From assembly GCA_964016885.1 (NCBI GenBank), contig OZ024740.1, positions 300,266,001 to 300,330,000 of the forward strand: DNA of 64,000 bases, written 5' to 3'. This DNA is from Eledone cirrhosa. Lineage: Eukaryota. The stretch's first letter is position 1, and every line of letters begins with the position of its first letter. Under the pieces are notes generated by a model that was not told the DNA's origin, did not search any database, and was given only the letters and a program-made list of their open reading frames with translations. Below are positions 14,061-27,236 of this stretch, in pieces. The position numbers and the translations under genes are program-made.

Positions 14061-16448
14061 ACCGGACTGGTGTTTCGCTCTTAGAGAATTCCCTGGGTAA
14101 GACAAAATTTAAAATATTTGGATAAATGCCTTCACAGAGCCTCATGAGCTATTAGCCCAACTTTACAATGAAATAGTTAACGAGCCAGAAACGATACCAT
14201 CATGGCTAGTTAGTGGCATTACATTCCTACTTCCGAAGAATGATGAGACAAATAGTCTAAAAAATTACAAACCGATAACTAGCTTGTCCACAATGTATAC
14301 AATCTTAACATCAATCCTACCTGAATATACATATGATCACCTGAATGCAAATGATCTATTTCCCAATGAGCAGAGAGGATGTAAACGAGGCTCATATGGC
14401 TGTAAGGATCAGATTTGATTAACAAAATGCTTTTGGAATATTGTGATAATAGAAACAAAAATCTATCAATTGCTTGGATAGATTACAAAAAAGCATTTGA
14501 TAGTTCGCCAGACAGTTGGATTAAAAGTGTTTAGAGATTTTCAAAATATCTTCCGATGTTCCAAACAACATTCATTTTGAACAGTGAAAACAAATCACTG
14601 GAAGCTAGAGAAGTTTATAGTAATTGTGGAATTTTTCAGGGTGACTTTATAACACTGCTTTTATTCTGCATTGCACTTTTAAGTAAAATGCTCAATGAAA
14701 CAAAACATGGATATAAAATCTATGACAAAAAACTTAATCACTAATTCTACATGGATGAACTGAAGCTATTTGCAAAAAAAAAGATGAGCAATTGCAGTTC
14801 AGTGATGATATTAAAATGGAGTTTTGACTGGATAAATGCGCTAAAGCCACGTTTATAAGAGGAAAGCTGCTGAGAAGTTCAGATGTTAATCTTGATCGGG
14901 GGAATGTGTTAAGTGGACTTGATCAAGAAGAAATTTATAAATATCTAGGTGTTTGCGAAAGAGAGGGAATCAATCACTAGAACATGAGGTAAAGGATAAG
15001 GAAGGAATGTTACCGCTGAGTAAAAGAAATGTTAAGAACGGTGTTGAATGCTATGAATGGGATCGATAACATAAACACACATGCCATGCCAGTAGTAACT
15101 TACAGTTTCAATGTCATCAACTGGTCAAGCACAGAGATCCATAAACTTGATAAGATAATTAGAACATTCTTAACCATGCACAGACTCCATCACCATAAGT
15201 CAGATACAGATAGAATATATCTCCCTAGGAAAATGGGAGGACGTGGAATAATCCAGTTAGATATTTCTTTGAAAACTGAAACAATTGGATTAGCTACATA
15301 TCTTAGGGAATCATATGATTGGATGTGCAAAGTCGTTTTGAAACATGAACGCAAAAGATCATACTCCATTACAAAAGATGAACACAGATATAATAATGAA
15401 TTCCAAATTTCAGAAATTACCTTTACTACCGAAATAAAAAAAAAAAACACAGAAAAAGAGAAGTAGGTAAAAGTAATTGCAAAGAAAGAACTACTAAAGA
15501 AACTACCAAATAAATGGCAAGAATAGCCTCTGTATGGAAAGACCTAACAATCCTGATATTGACAAAACATTAACCCATCGGTGGTTGGCATCCTCTAGAC
15601 TTAAATCAGAGACGGAAGGACTGATTATGTCAGCACAAGATCAGTGTCTGCCAAAAGAACATTATCAAGCGAGAATCATAGAAAATGGGTGTAAAAACAA
15701 CCAGAGACCATTGACCATATTATCTCTATGAGCAGTTCTATAGAACCAACCAAATATCTAAACAGGCACAATATATAAATTAGGTAATGTGTAATCATTT
15801 TGACATGCCCCATCGAAAGAATTTGGTGGGTGAATCAGCCACCACCCGTACTTGAAAAAGGTCACATCACAATTTTGTGGAACTTTAGCATGCAAACAGA
15901 CCGAAAAATAGATGGAAATTGACCTGATATAATACTGAAGGACTTTAAAAAGAGGGTAGGCCTGCTAATTGACATGACCGTTCCTATAGACAAGAATGTA
16001 TCTATAAAAACATTTGAAAACTTGCGCAAGTAAAAAGATCTCGAGATAGAAATTGGAAAAATGTGGAAGTTGAGAACTAAAACAGTACCAGTGGTTGTAG
16101 GCGCTCTAGGAATGATACCTAAGGGGTCTAATGGTTACTTATCCCAAATCCCAGGAGACCCGAGTATAGAAGAAATACGAAAGATAGTACTAATGAGAAC
16201 TGCCCATATACTAAGGAAGATTCTGTCAATATAAATACATCACAAATCTAAACACCTAAAGATACATGTATGTGTATCTGTTCTTTCTTGAACATGGTGG
16301 ACCTTGTTGTCTCTTGAGGTCACTGGTTGTGACTCGGTGATAACTCGTATGAACATAAAGCAAGATAAATGAAAAAAAAAACAACTATGATAACAATAAT
16401 AATGATTTCTTTCTAACAATAATAATTATAACAATAATAATAATAATA
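14061..16448 (+). mobile_element. 5'-truncated R4/Dong-like RLE LINE (RT + RLE), multiply disrupted
   Basis: EQRGCKRGSYGCKDQ, AWIDYKKAFDS, GIFQGD, FYMDELKLF, YKYLG, RIYLPRKMGGRGI, LKSETEGLIMSAQDQ, PDIIL..IDMTVP. (AAT)-rich tail. Confidence 0.88.
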
Positions 16449-16449
16449 T

Positions 16450-16637
16450 TTGTTTCTACTTTTGGCACAAGACCAGCAATCAACCAGTGTATTACTGGTA
16501 CTTTATTTTATCGACCCCGTAAGGATGAAAGGCAAAGATAACCTTGGCGGGATTTGAATCCAAAATGGCAAGGGCCGTAACTCTATGCGTCAAAGCATGG
16601 CGTCCGACCCGCTACCGATACTGCCAATCCACCGCCC

Positions 16638-16640
<3 letters not shown>
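16450..16640 (-). mobile_element. tRNA-derived SINE, full length, within (AAT)n
   Basis: Same family as 7455-7652. The minus strand starts agggcggtggattggcagtatcggt (A-box-like). Confidence 0.88.
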
Positions 16641-16692
<52 letters not shown>

Positions 16693-16693
<1 letters not shown>

Positions 16694-19600
16694 TTTATTT
16701 ATTGGCCACAGGGGCTAACATCAAGAAAAACATTACAGACGGCACAGGACGGTACAGGACGGTACGATGTGGGTTTTGTGCGTGTAAATATTTTTTATTA
16801 TTTATATAAGAATAGAAAAAAAAGACATAGAAACATATATATATATAAACAATAAAAATGAAAATTGAAACAATGAAAAATTCCCCAATAGGGAGGAAAC
16901 TTCCGAGGGTTACTCGTGGCGAAAACCGCACAAAAGACCACGGCCACCCTGACCACCAGAGCAAGCGCCCTCTCTCAATTTTTTCATTTCTCAAACTACA
17001 GACGTATATTCAAAGCGGTCCCGTTCACTCGGTCCATTCTCGCTACATTCACCTACCTTTCAACAAAATTGCTAGAAGGCAGCACTTGCCTCTCCACCCT
17101 GATTTTCCTCTTCAAGTGAAACTTGAAAAAGTTAGGGATTCGCCGAAGAGGAAAGTATCTGTCTTTAACCCTTTCAAACTTGTCCACCACACAATATCTT
17201 TCGCCATGGCCACCAGGCAAATGAAAACCGCCAGCCCTTCCTCCTTGAAGGAAGACGGCGTGACAATCTGCACAATGGATCAGTGGATAACAGGATCAGT
17301 CCTACACGCGACAGCAACTGTTCTACATAGCTCCACAAGTCAGCAATTCTCGGGCACTGAACGAGTGCGTGCACGAAGGTTTCGTCGCTCTGCGCGCATC
17401 TTGGACATGGTCGGCTGTCGGCACTTCCGTACCTGTAGAGCTTATCTCGAACCGGCAGCTCTCCCCGGTAACACTGCCAGGCCAGGGATTTTGGAAGTTA
17501 TCCATAGGCCCTGGGCTGAAATTTCTCCGGAAGAGAGCAAACAGCTGATCTTCTTCGACGCCCAGGATCTCTCCGAGAACGTCGTATATAGAACGCCGAG
17601 GTGGATGTTCCACCGATACTGGTGCCCAGCTGGCAGAGCGCAGTGAGCGCCTGAAGACATTCCAGTTTCCAAGCGCTCTCTCTCTGTCTTTTTCTGACCC
17701 AGGACTGCAGCTCCGTCAAGGAGACGAGCTGTGGGAAAACGTGCCTGGCGAACGGCGACCACACCTGTTCACCGTCAAGGAAGCAGCAGATATGTCGCAG
17801 CCTCAGCGCATGTTTGCGCATCATCAGCCATGGCATGCCCAGTCCTCCACGCAACGGGCGTTGACAGCAGATGGATCGTCTGTCCTTGGGAGCGCGTCCC
17901 TTCCACAAAAAGCGGAAATAGAGGCGCTCGATTTTGGTGAGAGTTGGGCCGGGGCAAGGGACGACGGTGAGGCGGTAGAAGATGACGGAGGCGATGTACG
18001 CATAGGCCACCTCCGCCCGGCCTTTCAGGGACAGCTTCCTCTCGGCCCATTTCTGGGTGAGGGAGGTCACCTTGCCCGTCACAGTTCCAGTTTTTCTCCA
18101 TATGGAGGTCCGGTCCGAACCAGACCCCGAGCAATTTAACCGGTCCGACCGTCCAACGCCCCACGACGCTGTCGGACGGCAGGACTTGCCTCTCCAGGTG
18201 CCGAGCAGCAAGCCCACCGAGTTTTCCTGGTTTATCTTTGCTCCTGTCACCGCTTCGTATTCCTTGAGAGCGGTGCCGAGAATCTGGACGTATTTGGCGT
18301 TGGACACCACCACGTTGACGTCGTCGGCGTAAGCCGTCTCGGATTTACCGCATCCTAGTTCGCGTGGGACGCCGCTCATCGCCCCCATTGTGTGCAGTAA
18401 CGGCTCGAGAGCCAATACGTACAAGAGGGACGAGAGGGGACAACCCTGGCGGACTGAGCGCATAATGCTGAACGGCTGCGACAGGTGACCGTTCACCCTT
18501 AGAACTGAGCAGATGTCGCTGTACATCGCAGCGATCCAACCCCTGAAAAAGGGCCCGAAACCGGCTGCCTCGAGGACTGCCGCCAGGTACCCATGGTCGA
18601 CCCTATCGAATGCTTTGGATTGATCTAAGTTGATCAGGGCCCCATCCGTGCCAGGTTCCTTAACCAGCCTCTCTATGATGTATCGCATGAGTTGGTGGTT
18701 GTCGTGTATGGATCTGTCCGGAATTGCGCATGTATGCGCCTCTACCACCAGACCCTTGACGACAAGCGCCAACCTCGTTGCTAACACCTTGGTCAAAATC
18801 TTGAACTCTACGTTTAGCAGGGTTATGGGCCTGAAATTATCGATAAGATGTCCCGATCCTGGCCGCCGCCGCTCCCGAACAGTTCAGCAAAGTGCTGCTG
18901 AAAATCTTCACACATCTGCTCAGGTTCGAGCAACACGTACCCGTTTTGGTCAGACAAAGACCGAATTGTGGCTTTGCTGCCACGTCGCACCTCTGCCACC
19001 GGGGCCAATTGGACGGCTTTTGTCCACTCGTGTTTCAGAGCATGCGCTCTGGCTCCGACAACGCAGCCTTCGTGTTTTGCGTTGACGAATTGGTCGAGTG
19101 CCAATCTCGCCGCAAGCACGTCGGTTGCGATGGCTGTCCTATACGCCTCTTCTAGCTTTCTGACTAGCTCTCCTTCTACTCTATTTTCCTCTATCACTAG
19201 TCCTTTGCTAAACCTAATCGACTCTACTTTAATTGCCCTTTTCAGGGCGAACCACCACCTGTTGTTGACGACTGCTCCCGTCAACGCCCGCTTAACTAAT
19301 ACGCTAATTCGGTCTCTGTACGCTTTGCGCGCTGGGAAAGGCGCGTTCAGCTTGCAGTAACCGGGCCCTTGTCTATGAAGTCTGTCTATGTCGCTCACAC
19401 AGATCACACTTTGTGGTCCGTGTAGTCGACTATTTTAAATTGTGGACAACTTATACTAGCCTTATCTAGTTCTCTGCAGAATACCATATCGAGATAGGAT
19501 CTGGATGACCCGATGCGGTTTGTCCATGTCCGCATTGGCACTTTCGGGTGATACCTGTCAGACAGTTCAAAACGTCTGAGCAGGTTGGTGAGGCTCTTGC

Positions 19601-22175
19601 ACCATCCTCCCCTATCCACAAGCCCCACACAATCCCAGCGTGCATCCAAGATACCGTTCCATTCGCCTACTAACACTAAAGAACGGGACGTTCCAAGAAA
19701 GGTCTTTAGACGTCTGAAGAAATCTGTCCGTCCTGCCCCTGTTGGGGCGTAGACGGCTACTTTTCTGAAAGCATTGCCTTCGCTGCCGGTCACGTCCAGC
19801 ACCACCGAATTACCTTCTGGGTCTAGGAAGATGGCCCGTATGGCGATATTCAAGCCTCTCCGAAAAAGGACGGCAATCCCTCCCCCCGATCCTGGACGGC
19901 TGGGAGATGCGTATACATCGTAACCACCGAAGATCGTGCGAAGGCTTGTGCTTCGGAGATTCTGGTCTCACTGATGGCCACTACATCTATGTTTAGTGAC
20001 CTGAGGTCGTTGAGCAGGTGACCCTGCTTCCAAGATGACCCCAGGCCACGTGCATTTATGCTGCCTATTCTGAGTACGGCCATGTTGGATGAGAAACGGG
20101 GTAAGTGAGAAAGGTTCACTTACCTTGATCGTGTGGTGAAGGGACAATTGAACCGTCCCTTTGCCTGGTCATGGGTGTTTCCAAGAGGATATCAGTGTAT
20201 ATCCTCTTGGTAACCGACCCTCTGAAGTCTCCACCTGCGTTGGGGTATTTTTGTTTTAAAGGTTGGTACTGTTCTATTGAGATTTCAATGATGCTTATGT
20301 TTGTCAGGAGAGTTCTTGGTGTTGGTGGGGTTTAGTAGTTTTTTTCTGTGATGTCTGTGTGCTGCTTTATATATTTTATGAGTTCTTTTTTTGCCATGTT
20401 TATGGCTGTGTACTTTTTAGGGGGAGGGGTCATTTTGTTGCTGTTTTCTTCTTGTTGCTGTTTGGTGTGTGTGTTTTGTTTTGTTTGCGTTGTTGATGTT
20501 TTTGGTGATTCTGGTGGTGGTGTGGTTATGTTGGCGGAGGTGCTTGTGGTAGTGATGGTGATGGTGGTAGTGTTGCTGCAAGTTTCCTTGCTGCCTTTAC
20601 CCCACTTTGTGTGCCTTTGCTTTTGAAGTGTGAATGTAAGAGTTTTTTTTTCCTTTTTGTTTTTTATGGCAGACCGTTTGCCACTCACTCCCGCCTCAAA
20701 CTCCATGTCGGATTCCGTGGCCCCTGGGAGGGGTATGTGCTCCACGGTTGTTGGTGGTGGTAGTGGAGCCCTTTTCGGAAATGTTGTTGTTGTTGCAGCT
20801 ACTTCAAATGTAGGTATTGGTGTTACCGCCACTGATGCTGCTGCTTTAGTTACCCGTGGCCTTGGTACGGGTGCCACGGACGTTGCTCTGCTACTCACCA
20901 TGGAAGGGGATTCTGCGTCTGCTGCCTTCCCTGCTCTTGGTAGCAGTGGACCAGGTATTGGAAGGAGAGGGGCCTTCTTCTTCGGTGTCTTCTGCGGGAA
21001 AAAGACCCTGAGGTGACCCTTCGACCCACAGAGATAACATTTTGGCCGTCTTCCTTCTACGCTTATAAGGAGTTGGGATCCTTCCTAGATGTCTATGATA
21101 TCGGGGATAGCGTCGATACATTCCTGGTCAGTTTGTATAAGCATTTGCATGGTTATACCTGACCAGTTCTCTCTCCCTATTTTCTCTACTTGCATGATGG
21201 TCGTCCTGTCCTCGATTCCAGCAAGGACAGACGGGGCTAGCCAAGATATGGGCACGTCGGGTGGGATCTGGATCACTTTAACCCTCACAATTTTCTGTCC
21301 GCAGTAGGAGGGGACCAAGACTATCTCCACTCGCTTTAAGGTTTCCAAAGAGTGAGACTTTGCTTCCTGGGGGGTGGCGAAAAGTACGTCTACTGTGGCG
21401 TCCTTTCAGCCTCGGGTGATGTGGGTTTTGCGTGTCCAGAGGCACCCCAGGGCCTTTTGGATTTGAGCCTCCTGGCTCTCTCCACCAAATGTGAGATTTT
21501 GCTCACGGTGCGGTATGTCACCGTCCGTAGCTTCTGGTCCTTGAAAAAATCGGGTGGAGGTTTCAGAGAGACTCTATTGGCGCTTCTTGTCACCCTGGCC
21601 CTTGCGACTCCCATCTCCTCCTCTGTGACTAACACTGTCACGATATTTCGGGCGACACCTGCAAAAGAAGTGGTCCCTTTTTTAGCAGCACCACTATTGG
21701 TCTTACTGGTGGTGCTGAGGTCGCTATTACAGGTATCGGTGTCATTGTTGTTCTTTTCGCTGGTACAGTTGTTGATGTTGTTTTCGTTGATACTGTTGCT
21801 GCTGTTACTGTTATTGTGGCTGTTGTTATTATTGTTGTTTTTGTTGATACTGTTCCTACTATTATTGTTGTTGTGGCTGTTGTTATTGTCATTGTTATTG
21901 TCGTTCTCGACCTTACCGCTGTTATTTTTGTTATTGTCGTTCTCGACCTTACCGCTGTTATTTTTGTTATTGTCGTTCTCAATTTTACCGCTGTTATTTT
22001 TGTTGTTGCTGTTGTTATTGATGTTGTTGTTGGTGTTGTTGTTCGTGTTATTGTTGGTGTTGTTTTTGTTATAAATACTTGGTAATTTTAAATCGGTAAC
22101 AATCCTCTTTTCCTTTGTAATATTTTCGTTTATATTTACCTCCGCTGGAACGCTGTCTTGTTGACATGCTGTATT
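16693..22175 (-). mobile_element. Near-full-length Tx1/L1-clade LINE copy A (ORF1 + APE-RT ORF2), frameshifted
   Basis: APE start RIGSINARGL..AISETR; RT motifs NLDQSKAFDRVDH, SVRQGCPLS, AYADD; CQRPLRGGLGMP. ORF1 is Asn-rich with a degenerate zinc knuckle. AATAAA at the 3' end next to (AAT)n. Confidence 0.92.
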
Positions 22176-25100
22176 CTTTATTAACGACAAGGGTTTACAC
22201 AATTAAGACATTAAGGACAATATAGGGCAGTACAGGACAGTACAAATGGGCATTTCTGTGTGTAAAAAAAACAAAGTAAAGGATGTAACAAAAAAGGAAT
22301 CAATGAAAATGTCCTCAATAGGGGCGAAACTTCCGAGGAACATTCGTGGAGAAAGGCCATTAAAAAACGCCACGGTGACCCTGACCATCAAGGCAAGTGC
22401 CCTCTCCCAGATGTACACCTTCAATTTACAAGCACATACTCAGAGTAGGCCCATTCACACGGGCCATTCTTGCCTCTGTCACCCATCTTTCAACAGAATG
22501 CTGGGAAGAGAGCACGTCCCTCTCTACCCTGATTTTCCTTTTCAAATGAAATTTGAAAAAAATAATCAGGGCATCATGGAAAAGGTAAGTGCTCGTCTTC
22601 AGCTCTTTCAAACGCGTCCACCATACTATCTATTTCGCCATGGCCACCAGACAAATAAAAACTTCCTGCCCTTCCCGGCTAAAGGATGAGGGCGGTATAA
22701 TGCTCACGACTGACTCAGCTGATAGCCGGATCCGTCCTACACGCGACAGCAGGTGTTCGACATAAAGCCACAAGTCAGCAATGCTTGGACCCTGGACGAG
22801 TGCGTGCAGGACGGTTTCGTCGCCCTGCGTGCATCTCTGACATGCCCGGCTGACGGCACCTCCATGCCTGTAGAGTTTATCCTGAATTGGCAAGGCTTCG
22901 CGGTTTCACTGCCAGGTCAGGGATTTCTGGAAGTTATCCACAGGCCCCGGCCCAACAGTTCTTCCGAAGAGATTGGCTAATTAATTTTCGCCGACGCCTA
23001 GAGTTTCCCCAAGTACGTTGTTACACTTCCCCTCCACTAATCCTCTATAGAACGCCAAAGTGGAGTTTCCACCGATCACATTGCTCGGCTGGTTGAGGGC
23101 TGTGAGCGCCTGAAAACATTCCAATCTCCAAGCGCTTCCTCTCGGGCTTGACCCTAGACTGAAGCTCCGTCAAGAGGATGAGCTGGGGAAAAACACGTCT
23201 AGCAAACGGCAGCAACACCTGATCACCGTCGAGGAAAAGGTGGAGATATCGTAGCCTGAGCACGCGTCTGCGCATCATCAGCCACGGTAAGCGCAGCCCT
23301 CCAGGTAGCGGGTGTTGACAGCGGATGGACCGCCTCACAATCGGAGCGCGTCCCTTCCACAAATAGCGAAAGAGCAAACTCTCCAGCGCGGTCAGGCTAG
23401 GCTTAGGAAAAGGCACGACGATCAGATGGTAGTAGATAACGGACGCGATGTACGCATTTGCCACCTCCGCTCGACCTTTCAGGGATAGCTTCCTCCGTGC
23501 CCATTTCTGGGTTAGAGAGGCCATGGTGCTCGCCACCTCGTCCCAGTTATTGTCCGTCTGGAGGTCCGGACAGAACCAGGCTCCTAGCAATTTAACCGGT
23601 CCGTCCTTCCAGCCTCCGACGACGCTGTTGGACGGCATGAACCTGCCTCTCCAGGTGCCGAGCTGCAGGCCCACTGACTTTTCCTGGTTGATCATTGCTC
23701 CTGTCACCGCTTCGTATCCTCTTAGTGTAGTGTCGTACGCCTTGGTGTGTTTGGCGTTGGACACCATACGGTGACATCGTCTGCATATGCTGACACGGAT
23801 CTCCCATATCATAGTTCGCGTGGGACCCCTCAGCGTCTCCAGTTTGTGCAGTAATGGCTCAAGAGTCAATACATACAAGAGGGACGAGAGGGGACATTCT
23901 TGGCTGACCGAGGCAATAATGTTAAACTGTTCCAAAAGGTGACCGTTCACTCTCCCCACAGAGCATATGTCACTGTGCATGGCAGCGATCCAGCCTCTGA
24001 AGACAGGCTCAAAGCCAGCCGCCCTCAGGTCTGCCGCCAGATAACGATGGTCCACTCTATCGAAAGCTTTCGACTGATCTAAATTGATCAAGGACCCACC
24101 AGTACCAGGCTCCTTAGCTACCCTCATCACGATGTATCGCATGAAGTGAGTGGAGGTTGTCGTGGATGGATCTGTCTGGAATGCCGCATGTCTGCGCCTC
24201 TTCCACCTGACCACCCACGACAAGCGACAACCTCTTTGCTAGAACCTTGGCCAAAATCTTGATCTCTGTGTGTAGCAGCGTTATGGGCCTGAACTTATCT
24301 ATGTTATCCCCCTTTTCGGATCCTTTCTCAGCAGCGCCATGGCTCCTCGGCTCACAGAGCTCGACATTCCTCCGTTCTGTTACCAGTTGCAGTAGACGTC
24401 CGCCAAGAGGCCTCCGAACAAGTCTGCGTCTGTACGTAAAGTTCATAGAGAAGACTTTCCAAACCAGGCGAATCTCCCTTGTGCAGCCAGTCATTGCCTC
24501 CCGTACTTCAGCGGCTGTTATCGGCTTTTCGCAACACTCCACCTCAGTGGCCGAGAGCCGCGGCATTCCGTCGAGGTAGGCACTAAAGTCCATCCCTCGG
24601 TCCGGCCCACCGCTGCTCCCGAACATCTGAGCGAAGTGTCTCTGAAAAGCTTAACACATTTGCTCAGGATCGAGTAGCATGTGCTCGTCGTGGTCCACCA
24701 AAAATCGGATCATGACTTTGTTGCCATGACGCGCCTCCGCTACTCGGGCCCATTGAACGGCTTTCGTACCCCCGTGTCTGAGAGCAGGCACCTAGCTCTG
24801 ACAACGCAGCCTTCGTGCTTTACCTAGACCTATCTATTTCCCTACAAAATACCCTATCTAGATATGATCTGGATAACCCGAGTCGGTTTGTCCATGTCCA
24901 CATTGGCACGTTCGGGAAATCCAGACGGTACCTGTCAGACAGTTGAAACCGTCTGAGCAGGTTTGCGAGGCATTTACACCCTCCTCCTCTATCCGCTAAT
25001 CCCACACAGTCCCAGCGTGCATCTAAGATCCCGTTCCAGTCGTCCACTAACACTAAAGAGCGGGACGTTCCAAGAAAGGTCTCCAGACGCCGGAAGAAAT

Positions 25101-27236
25101 CAGGCCGCCCTGTATAGACGGCCACTAGCCTGAAAGCTTGCCAGCTCCGCTGGTCACGTCCAGCACCACCAACTTACCCTCTGGGTCCAGGAAGATGGCC
25201 CGTATGGCGAGATCCAAACCTCTCCGAAAAAGCAGAGCAAGTACACCTCCCGATCCAGGACGGTTGGAAGATGCGTACCCATCGAAACCGTCGAATATCG
25301 TTGCGAAGGCCCGTGTTTCGGAGATTCTGGTCCCGATGATGACCACCACATCTATGTTTAGTGACCTGAGGTCGTTGAGCAGGTGGTCCTGCTTCCATCA
25401 CGACCCCAGGCCACGCGCATTTAAGCTGCCTATTCTGAGTGAGGTCATGATGAAAAGGAGTGGAAAAAAGATTGTAAATAGCACTTACCTCACTTCTCGT
25501 GGAGGGAGGATGGTTTTTCCACCCTTTTCACTGCTTGTGGCCTCCTCCGGAAGGATGTCCTTATAAATCCTCCTGAGGAGTGTTCGTCGGAAGTCTCCAA
25601 TGTCCTTGGATAATTTTTGTTTCAGTGTCGTGTACGTTTTCTCTGTGATGCGAGTGATTTGTATATGTGGATGTGGTGTGAATTTTGGGGGTGTTGCGTT
25701 GTCTTCTTCTGTGATGCTGGTGTTGTGTTGGATGTAGTGTAATAATTGGTTGTTGTTCAAATTTAATTATTTCTACGTTAGGCACAAGGCCAGCAATTAC
25801 CCAAAGTATTACTGGTACTTTATTTTATCGACCCTGTAAGGATGAAAGGCAAAGTTAACCTCGGCGGGATTTGAATTCAGAATGGCAAGGACCGTTCAAA
25901 TTTAATGCTTTGTATTGTATATCGTTTTGGTTGTTTTGTTTTGTTTGCGTTTGTCGTGGGTTTGTTTCTGTTTCGCTTTTTGGTGATTTTTGTGGTGTTG
26001 GTGATGCTGGTGTTGGGGTTAATGATGGTGATGGTGTTGGTGTTTGTGGTGATGGGGCTGGTGATGCTGGTGCCGGTGGTGGCATATCTGTCCTAAGTTT
26101 TTTGTTTGTTTGCTTATTTGTTTCCCCCTGCATTTTGTTTTTGGAGGACGAAGGAGGAGGATTCTTTTCTTTTTTTCATTTTTCCTGATACAGTTTTCCC
26201 AATCCTCGTCGTTCCAATCTGTCTCCTATTTTGATAGCCCAGAGAGAGGAAAATCCTCCACAGGCGTTGGTTTTGGTTGTGGTGTGGTGGATTGTGGAGG
26301 CGCTGGTGCTAATTATGGCGTGGTGGGTGGTGATGGTGTTGGTTTTGCTACTGTTGCTGGGATTGTTGCTGCTACAGTTTCTTCTGTTTTTGCTGCTTCA
26401 GTTGTTGCTGCCATTCCTGCTGCTGGTTTTGGTGCTGGGGTGGGTAGGGGAGGTGGCCTTAACTTTTTATCCTGAGGGCAGAAAGCCTGTAGGTGGGTTC
26501 CTTCGCCACAAACGACACACCTAGGCCTTCTACCCTCAACGATTACGATGAGGTGTTTGCCGTCATTGAAGTCTATCACCTCTGGAATTTCCTTTGTGTT
26601 TTTTGGTCCGCTTGCATCAGGAGCTCCATCCCAGATCCGGACCAGTTATCCTGCTTTACTTTTATTACTTCAATTACTTTAGTGTTGGCCTGGATGTCGG
26701 CAAGGACGGCAGCAATTAGCCAGGGAATTTCGATGGCCGGCGGAACGTGGGTCGCCCTGATCTTCACGAGTCTCTGACCACAATAGCTTGGGACGAGTGT
26801 GAATTCGTCACTTCTTAATGGGACCATGGAGTGCTCTCTGGCTTCTTGTGAGGTTCCAAAGAACATGTCCACGGTTCCATATTTCTGCCCACGTCTGATG
26901 TGATTTTTTTTCGCCCACACATGTCCCAAAGCTTTTTGGATCTGGGACTCGGATGCCCGTTCCACTGGGCGTGATTTTGTGTTTATCTACGATATGACAC
27001 GGTGCATAGGCGCCAATGCTCCATTTTATTTAGATGGGGGAGGAGGAAGGCTGACCCTGCACCCATCTTTTTTTACCATTCGCTTGGCTTCATTCAATTC
27101 ATCCTGGCTTACCTCGATTGTTTCGCTTTTCTTGGCTGCTCTGGCAAACGACACATTTAGTTTGGCGCTGGTGTTGATGTTGTTGTTGTTATTCTTGTTA
27201 TTGTTACTTTTAGTTTCGCATGGTGGTGTTGTCTAA
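22176..27236 (-). mobile_element. Tx1/L1-clade LINE copy B, head-to-tail with copy A, with an internal deletion near 24820
   Basis: INLDQSKAFDRVDH, SVSQECPLS, FRPITLLHTEIKILAK; ORF1 knuckle CVVCGEGTHLQAFC. 3' UTR similar to copy A. Confidence 0.92.
25768..25893 (-). mobile_element. 5'-truncated SINE inserted in ORF1 of Tx1 copy B
   Basis: Perfect 13-bp TSD gttcaaatttaat at 25755-25767 and 25894-25906. Confidence 0.9.

Noticed and set aside
16858-17646. 262-aa + strand ORF
   Set aside because: Antisense shadow of Tx1 ORF2 and its 3' UTR.
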